Shown here: piece by piece, positions 57,039 to 64,000 of the stretch
Position numbering within the stretch: position 1 is the first letter of the stretch
Layout: each line of letters starts with the position of its first letter
Origin: Proteromonas lacertae
Taxonomy: Eukaryota
NCBI GenBank assembly: GCA_002245135.1
Contig: NGBS01000590.1
Coordinates: forward strand, 1-64,000
Length of the DNA stretch: 64,000 bases
Reading direction: 5' to 3'
Translations under genes and position numbers: made by a program
The notes under the pieces: generated by a model
What the model was told of the DNA's origin: nothing
Seen by the model: only the letters and a program-made list of their open reading frames with translations
Database searches by the model: none

Positions 57039-58660
57039 ATGAGTATTCCTGATTACCTAGTACCATTGAAGCAGTTTAAATGTTTTAAACCACTCAAGCA
57101 AATGATTTCTGTGGATGAAAAGTATGAACCATATATAAAAGCTATTGTCAATGCATTAATTGAAGACTTAAAAATTAAACAGCTAGAAAGTATCATCAGT
57201 CAATATATTCCGTTGTTTTATAGATGATGTTCATGCAGATTTAATTGAAGGTATATTATTCAACTAGAGTTTTAGATATTGGTTTTTGTCAATGGGGATT
57301 GATGTCATTATCTTATCCTAAAGCCAAAGTCTTGTTTTGGTTTTTATCAGATAAAATAGTAATCACAAAAAAGCCAAATCAAATGGTAATTCAATATTCA
57401 AAGTATTATTTATCTCATTAATTTATATATTACCACAGTATTAGTAATATATATGCAATACAAAATAAATCAATTACATATCATCTCATTCATTTAATCC
57501 AACCAGTCAAATTTCAAAATAAAAGTTATAATGATATAACATTTGAATTATCCAATGAAATTGAATTAGAAGACATGATATGTTCAGGCCCACAGAAGCC
57601 AATATCACTACCTGACAAATTGAAAGGAGATGAAGATGATGTAATGATGAAATTACTTAAATCAGTAATACCAGAAGAAAAAGTAAATAATGAATTTTAT
57701 ATTATTATTTATTTAATATAGATTCATATATATCAAAAGAAAATACAGAGTATAAAATGTTATGAAAAGGTTAAATCGGGTATTTTGTATTTATTACCAA
57801 ATTGTTTTATTTTTTTATGTAATCAAGTAATCTATCACGAAATGAAAGATATATCAAAGTATATTTTTTCATTTTATTTATTTATTTAAATTAGAATTGA
57901 ATGTAACAGAAGTTCAGGGAGAAATATTGATCTAATGGTTACATTAAATGATAAAACTGAAATAATTGTATAATAATATATAAATACATTATATGTTTTT
58001 GCTTAGTTTACAATGATTTCAAGAGAAGATGCTCCTTTTATTGATGAGTATTATTTCTTATCTATTTTTACCAATAGTTTTGTGTGTCATTTCAACGATT
58101 TTGTGAAAGAAAAGAAGTCCAATGGTAAAGATGACAAGAGTAAAATTAATAACAATGATGAAGATAATAATAATGAAGAAGAAGGTGAAGAAGAGGAAGA
58201 AGAAAGTGAAGGAGATTATACATCAGATGAAGAAGAAGAAGATGATGATGATAAAGATGTAATAAAAGAATTAGAGCCAGAACCAGATGCTCTGAAATAT
58301 TTAAAAGCAGATAATGGTGAAAGTATAGATGATAGTAAAGAAGAAGAAAATGAGGAAGAAGGAGGAGAAGGTGAAGAAGAAGATGATGATGATGAAACAA
58401 ATGATGAAGATGATAATAAGAATGTTAAAGACAATAAAACAATATCTCAATCTCAAAGTCCTGTTAAACTGCATAATTTTGGAATGAATATTGGTTCATT
58501 TATAGCTAGACCTGCTCAAAAGAGATTATTATCTGAAATGCAACAGACTACCAACAAAGAAAATGCAATTGATGTAGATAGTACAACAACAACAGAAGAT
58601 GAAGAATCAAGTGAAGAAGATAATAATAATAACAAGAATAAAAAAATAAAAACTAATTAA
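57039..58660 (+). CDS. Rtt106/SSRP1-middle-domain-like histone chaperone with acidic tail
   Basis: IKCYEKVKSGILYLLPNCFIF...RNIDLMV...FTMISRED resembles the Rtt106-type PH domain; long D/E-rich C-terminus. Confidence 0.6.
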
Positions 58661-58761
58661 ACAGCAATCGTTATATTAATCTTTTTATTCAATCAAATTA
58701 AATCATATTTGACATTCACATATTCTTTTGATATTCCATCCAATTTTATTCTTCCAATTGT

Positions 58762-59065
58762 TTAAAATGTTTCTAAAAATAACTTCAATTCTGATTTAGA
58801 GATATTCTCTTTCACGGTTATTGATAATTCATCTAAACTCTCAAATCTATCTTCTCTTTCATTCAATTTATCACCGTCTTTTCTTTAATTTCTGATATAT
58901 TTATAATATTCATCATTATCATATCATCTTGATGTTGAATAACAATATCCATTTCATTTCCACTCTATATTTTTTCTTATAAATATAGATGAACTAAAAT
59001 ACTTGACTATCTAATAAACTTATTGAGGATATTACATCATCTACGAAAGATTTAAAGCAAAACAT
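58762..59065 (-). CDS. Possible small spliced gene, unknown function
   Basis: ATG at 59065, one GT-AG intron and a frame open to TAA at 58762 if one A is added in a homopolymer. Confidence 0.3.
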
Positions 59066-59148
59066 TTGTCAAACTTGTTTGATGTTCCAAAAATAATAGT
59101 CGTTTATCTAATACCGTTTTTTTATTTTTGAAGTAATTTTTAGAATAA

Positions 59149-59597
59149 ATGGTATGTTTAGTGTAATTATTATATTATAGTCAGAAATAGAAGAGACTTT
59201 AGAGCGTATTAAAGGAAATGTTGATAAGTATAACTTGTATTTTATGTTTTTCTTCAGTTTTGTGATTACTGACTCTAGAAAGTCTGTTCTTCGTCATCAT
59301 CCAAATATGACAGATATGGAAGCCGAACAATATGCAAAATATTCTTGTGATTTAGCAGCTAAAGCTAAAAGTGCTATTAGAGATATAAATCCACTAGTAT
59401 AAATGATTTTTCATTTATTTCAAATAGAATGATTTAGAATTTCTAAGAATAAGAGCAAGAAATACAGAAATAGTTATTGCTCCAAGTATAAGTATTAGTA
59501 TATAGTTTGAATAGAAGATGATTTTATAGTAACTTTAACACAGACATGGAATCCAGCTCCTTTACCACCACCACCAACACCTGCTAATGCTATTTAA
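59149..59597 (+). CDS. DYNLRB: Dynein light chain roadblock (LC7) (not in ORF track)
   Basis: M|SEIEETLERIK...AKSAIRDINPL|NDLEFLRIRARNTEIVIAP; four tiny introns. Confidence 0.9.
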
Positions 59598-59763
59598 TTT
59601 TTCTTAACATAATAATATTATTATTTTTTTATTGCAATTGGTGTAAGAATTATTTATATACAAAAATAAGAATTATAAAAAAACAGAAAATAATATATAA
59701 ATGAATTTTGTATTTTTTATTTAATTATTATTATTTAGAATAATTATTTCTTTTCATCTTTCT

Positions 59764-60872
59764 TTAACATGTTGAATTCAATATCTGGAAGAAAAATTCA
59801 CACTCTAAAGTACCATCTTCTTCCAAATCTGTGCAATGAACGGCATTATTCACTTTATCATGTCCATAAATAGCACGAAGAGTCTTTGGTCGTAATTGTT
59901 TAGCAATTTCTACATCATAAGGACCACAATATGTTCTAAATGTATTAACTGGGTTTTCTGCTCTAATTTCCAATGCGATTAATGCTCCACTAGTTAAACT
60001 ATCAACACATAGTGCAAATTCAGGTAAAACTCCTTTATAAACTTCAAGGAACTCATCTGCAGTAGCTCTATTAATTCTATATAACTCTATAGCAGAGATC
60101 ATAAAACCAGTTTCTAAAATAGAGTTTATTATTTCTCCTCCTTTTCCTTCTTTTAAAATATGTGGTTTAATTAAGCATAATGTGCAACTATCATATGTTG
60201 CAGATGTTTTACCAAGACGCTTTTTAAATATTAAATCAATAAGGGATTCTGCTTCATGTTCATCTGAGGATGTATATACATTTTGAGGTGGATATTTATC
60301 TCTACAGTAATTACTCCAACGATTTAAACAGTCATTTCCTAATAATTCTATTACCACAAAACTATCTTTGAAGAAGGAGGCTAATTCCATTTTGATTGAA
60401 CAGACTGTTGCTGCATCTTGAGAATCTAAATAAATCATTCTTAAATTGGATAGTACAAAACCTGAATTTTCTGCATCTGATATAATTTTTCCAATGTCAT
60501 TATATGCTGATTGATTAATAAATGTAATTGTCCTGGATTCATATGATTCTAATTCTCTTCTTGTAACTTCATCTCCGTATGATTTTACTGTCATTTGTCT
60601 TCCATAACTATAACGCATAAACACTACTAAATATACATTGGTAATGTATTTCCAATAAATAAGTCTCTTAATGATAAATCAGGGTATGGTGTTTTCTTAA
60701 GAAATTTACGATTCATTTTTGCATCAATTATTTCTATTTGATTTGTTCCAACTTCAAAAACCTACAAAATAGTCAATAATAGTCTTACCCAATAAAGTAA
60801 AATATAAGGACGATGAAGATCAGCTACTGAATCATACCATTCCATATTAAAAGCATATCTTTTGCCATCCAT
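59764..60872 (-). CDS. NME7: Nucleoside diphosphate kinase 7 (DM10 plus two NDK domains)
   Basis: RYAFNMEWYD DM10 start; CTLCLIKPH, FLEVYKGV, CGPYD and NAVHCTDLEEDGTLECEFFF. Confidence 0.95.
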
Positions 60873-61069
60873 TTCTACTTATTATTTAAAATTAAAAACG
60901 AAAAAAACGTTTTTCAAAATACGATTATTTTTTGTATTGTGTATTAAAAAATCAAGCCAAGTTTCTTAGAAATTAAAAAACACCCATAAAAATACAACAA
61001 ATAGGAATATGAATAAACAACAATAATTTACAGCATAGTTGGTTATGATACTGTTGAATGAAGAGTAAA

Positions 61070-61760
61070 TTAGTTTTGATGATAAACAGATAATAATTCT
61101 ACAGAAGTATGAAAATATCCTATCAAAGCATATGTATATAATGGCGAAGGTAAATCTTCAACAAGTAAAACAGGAGATGAATTATTATGAGAAATCCAAA
61201 ATTCTCTTTTATTCATATCAACAATCACTTCATAAATTGAACCATCTCCATGATTATTGAAATTTGAATTTTTATTAACAACTCTTCCAATATGACAATA
61301 AGTAATATATTCACTTTTTAATCCTAACATCGTACTATCATATCTACTTCAAATTCAAATAGCAATAACTATTACTATCATTTCGTGGTAAATAGTATTT
61401 TTGAATCTTTGATATATCTTCTTACAGATATTACACAAAACTATTTTTATCCTTTATTTTCATTCTATTAATTGTTTGTCTTTTTAATAGTTGAATAATT
61501 ACATTATCTTTCACATTAACAGTATATTCATTGCATTTATGTATTACATTTTCCATTATTTTACGAACATTATTTTCAATAGCAACATATGAATAAGATG
61601 GAAAAGGTAAAACTCTCACAATTAAAAAACAAGAAATGAATTATTTTGACTTATCTAAAATACTCTTTCTATTCATATCATCTAATGTTTTATCATATTT
61701 AAAATACTGAAAATTCTTTATACCACCATTGAAAAATTTCTCATTCTGAAGGAACAACTA
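61070..61760 (-). pseudogene. Two decayed SPRY-domain fragments paralogous to the 33569-35692 gene
   Basis: 61070-61310 aligns at nucleotide level with 33569-33810. A second, more eroded relic (DMNR..ISQNNS...VRVLPFPSYSYVA) lies at ~61585-61700. Confidence 0.7.
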
Positions 61761-62168
61761 AATTTCACAATTATCAAACAACACTAAATGATTATAAAAA
61801 TTTTCATCTACTAGTAAATTTAATACTATAATACTATGAATAATGATAAATTTAGCACAGAACACTTCATTTTTGTTTTCTATTCACTATCACATCACCA
61901 AACTATTCATTCACTAATTTTATTTATAATCTATTCAATTAATATGGAAAAATAATAATTCCATACCTATTCAATCCAATTTCATTGTTTATAAAATTCT
62001 ATTTTGAATATATAGTCGTTTTAGTAAAATACAGATGGAATTGTATTTGAGAATAAACAACATACAGTTGATAAATAACTTATGTAATAAACGAAATTGA
62101 TCAAACAATCATCATACTCTATAACTCAACATGACAATAACACTAAAATGGTAATTAATACTCTTAAA

Positions 62169-63329
62169 TTAAGACAAAATAATATTACCATCTTTATCAG
62201 TTTGAAAACGAGGTGTACACTTCACATGATCATAATCAAAATCAGGATCAAGCTCAAATGGCTCAACTTCATCTTCATACTCATCCTTTTCGACTACAGC
62301 AGTATTAGTAGTAGTATTATCAGAAATTAATTTTGCTGGGATAGAAGATCTCTTCACTGGAGATGTATGAACATTATTACTAAAGAAATCTTTCGCATCT
62401 AACCATTCACCTTCTTCACTGGGAATTTCATCATCATCATCATCATCATCATCTTTCATATTGCTTTTATCAACTTCTTTATTTTTATCATCAATATATT
62501 TTATATCTTTTTTATCAATAAAATTATCTATTATTACTGGCGGAATGTCTTTGGGAGTTTCGTTATATAATCTTCCATTAATTATTCCATTATCTATTGC
62601 AATTTCTTCTTCTATTTCTTCACTGTCAAATCTATTATTATTACTATTATTTTGATTATTATTTTGTTTTACATTATTTTCTTCTATTATACAATAACCT
62701 TCATCTTCACTATCATTGTCTTTTTCAAAATTATCATTCTATTGATATTTTATTATATATTTAATATATATATATATATACAACTGTATCAGGTAAGGAT
62801 GGAAATAATGTATCTGTATTAACTGATGATGGTAAATTGGTTGTTTGAGTTTTTGGATATGACAGAGAGTAAATTTCATCTTTTGGACCATCATGTAAAT
62901 GGGGGAACAATTGTTTTAATGTCGGAGTAATGTCTTCAGATGATGTAGATGAGGTTTTTGAAGAATAATCATTCGGCATCGTTTTCTAAGTAATTATTAT
63001 TGAATTACATCTATACACCTATATCTTTCACTTTATTTCGATATTTCTTTAGTTTTTCTTTAGTTTCTGGCTTAATTTCACCATTAATTGATTCTGTTGA
63101 ACGATTTCTTGAATATAAATATTAAAAAATACTGAGGTTTAGGAACAGTTATTATATTATCATCTACTCGTTTTCCACACTTTTTAGCTTCGATTGCTTT
63201 CGCAAACATAACTCTTCTTGATTCTTCTGCTTCTTTATTCATTTTCCTAATCTTTTCGAGAAATTCTGGTGGTAAATCATTTACTGGGGTTTTTATAGTA
63301 TCAAATTCATCACAAGTTGAACTAGACAT
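62169..63329 (-). CDS. Acidic protein with IFTAP/C11orf74-like C-terminal motif
   Basis: C-terminal DEVEPFELDPDFDYDHVKCTPRF resembles the PFSLDEEFDYDNV motif of IFTAP; three probable introns. Confidence 0.55.
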
Positions 63330-63871
63330 AATTAAAAAAATGGATTGGCTTGAAGCTTGATTAATTTTTTTTAAATTTCTTTTGTTTAATGTGGTAGATG
63401 CATGTGCATTAGTATATTCACTACTAATTAAGTGTTAAAGTATATATTGCTTTTTGTTCTAAATGCTTATCAAGTGATTTTCAGTTAATTGCATACCATC
63501 ATTTTACGAATTAAAATGTAAAATATGGGAAGAAAGATTTAAATCTTGGTTCAAAATTTGAACCTAAAGGCTTTTACTCATTTTTTACTGTTAAAATTGA
63601 AATTTGTTAGTGTATAATTTAATTATAAAGGTATGAGATGATATACAGATGTAGAAGATGATTATACACATCAAGGCGATTGATTGAATTTTCGTATCAA
63701 TTTTTCTAAAATTATTAATTTTGCTTTTTAAAAGTTGTCTTGTATATAAATTTATTGTGCATAATATCTTTGCATTGGATCACCAGTTTGCATTCTAATA
63801 ATTTTGTTATATCAAGAGAAAACTGAAAAACGCTAAGCACTTCAACCATCAGTCGACATTCAACAACAAGG

Positions 63872-64000
63872 ATGATGGATGATGGATTGCCTAACATAAC
63901 ATTAATATGTTTTGCTATTAATGGTTCTAATAAAGATAATATACCTGACTTAATTCAACAAAGAAAAACTGTTGTTCGAAAGTTAATTCAATTCCAAGAG
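63872..64000 (+). CDS. Partial unknown gene running off the window end
   Basis: Frame MMDDGLPNITLICFAING... is open to position 64000; upstream exons are likely. Confidence 0.35.
   Translation, partial: MMDDGLPNITLICFAINGSNKDNIPDLIQQRKTVVRKLIQFQE

Noticed and set aside
61070..61310. Diversity-generating retroelement TR/VR pair with 33569-33810
   Set aside because: Mismatches are not adenine-specific on either strand, and no reverse transcriptase is present in the window.

Overview
A very AT-rich, gene-dense eukaryotic nuclear window, not prokaryotic. It holds about 30 protein-coding genes with tiny (~25-40 bp) GT-AG introns and intergenic gaps of often only 45-150 bp. Many 1-2 bp homopolymer indels split real genes across the supplied ORF track. 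The tiny introns, legumain expansion, bacterial-type Ig repeats and T[AG]TTTGTT elements downstream of genes suggest a Blastocystis-like gut stramenopile (Opalinata). The window also carries flagellar genes (SPAG17/PF6, NME7, AXDND1-like, IFTAP-like) and a SIG1/OCM-type tubular mastigoneme protein, pointing to a flagellated relative such as Proteromonas or a basal Blastocystis lineage; this taxonomy is inference. Other content: four legumains (one catalytically dead, two sharing gene-conversion-like tracts), a PKG-like kinase, OLA1, TCD, FEN1, RbfA, bL9m, a Rad52 with an apparent mitochondrial presequence, a giant HECT ligase, a BTB-Ig-SPRY gene with decayed copies, and candidate promoter motifs. 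Spliced gene boundaries were read by eye and are approximate.
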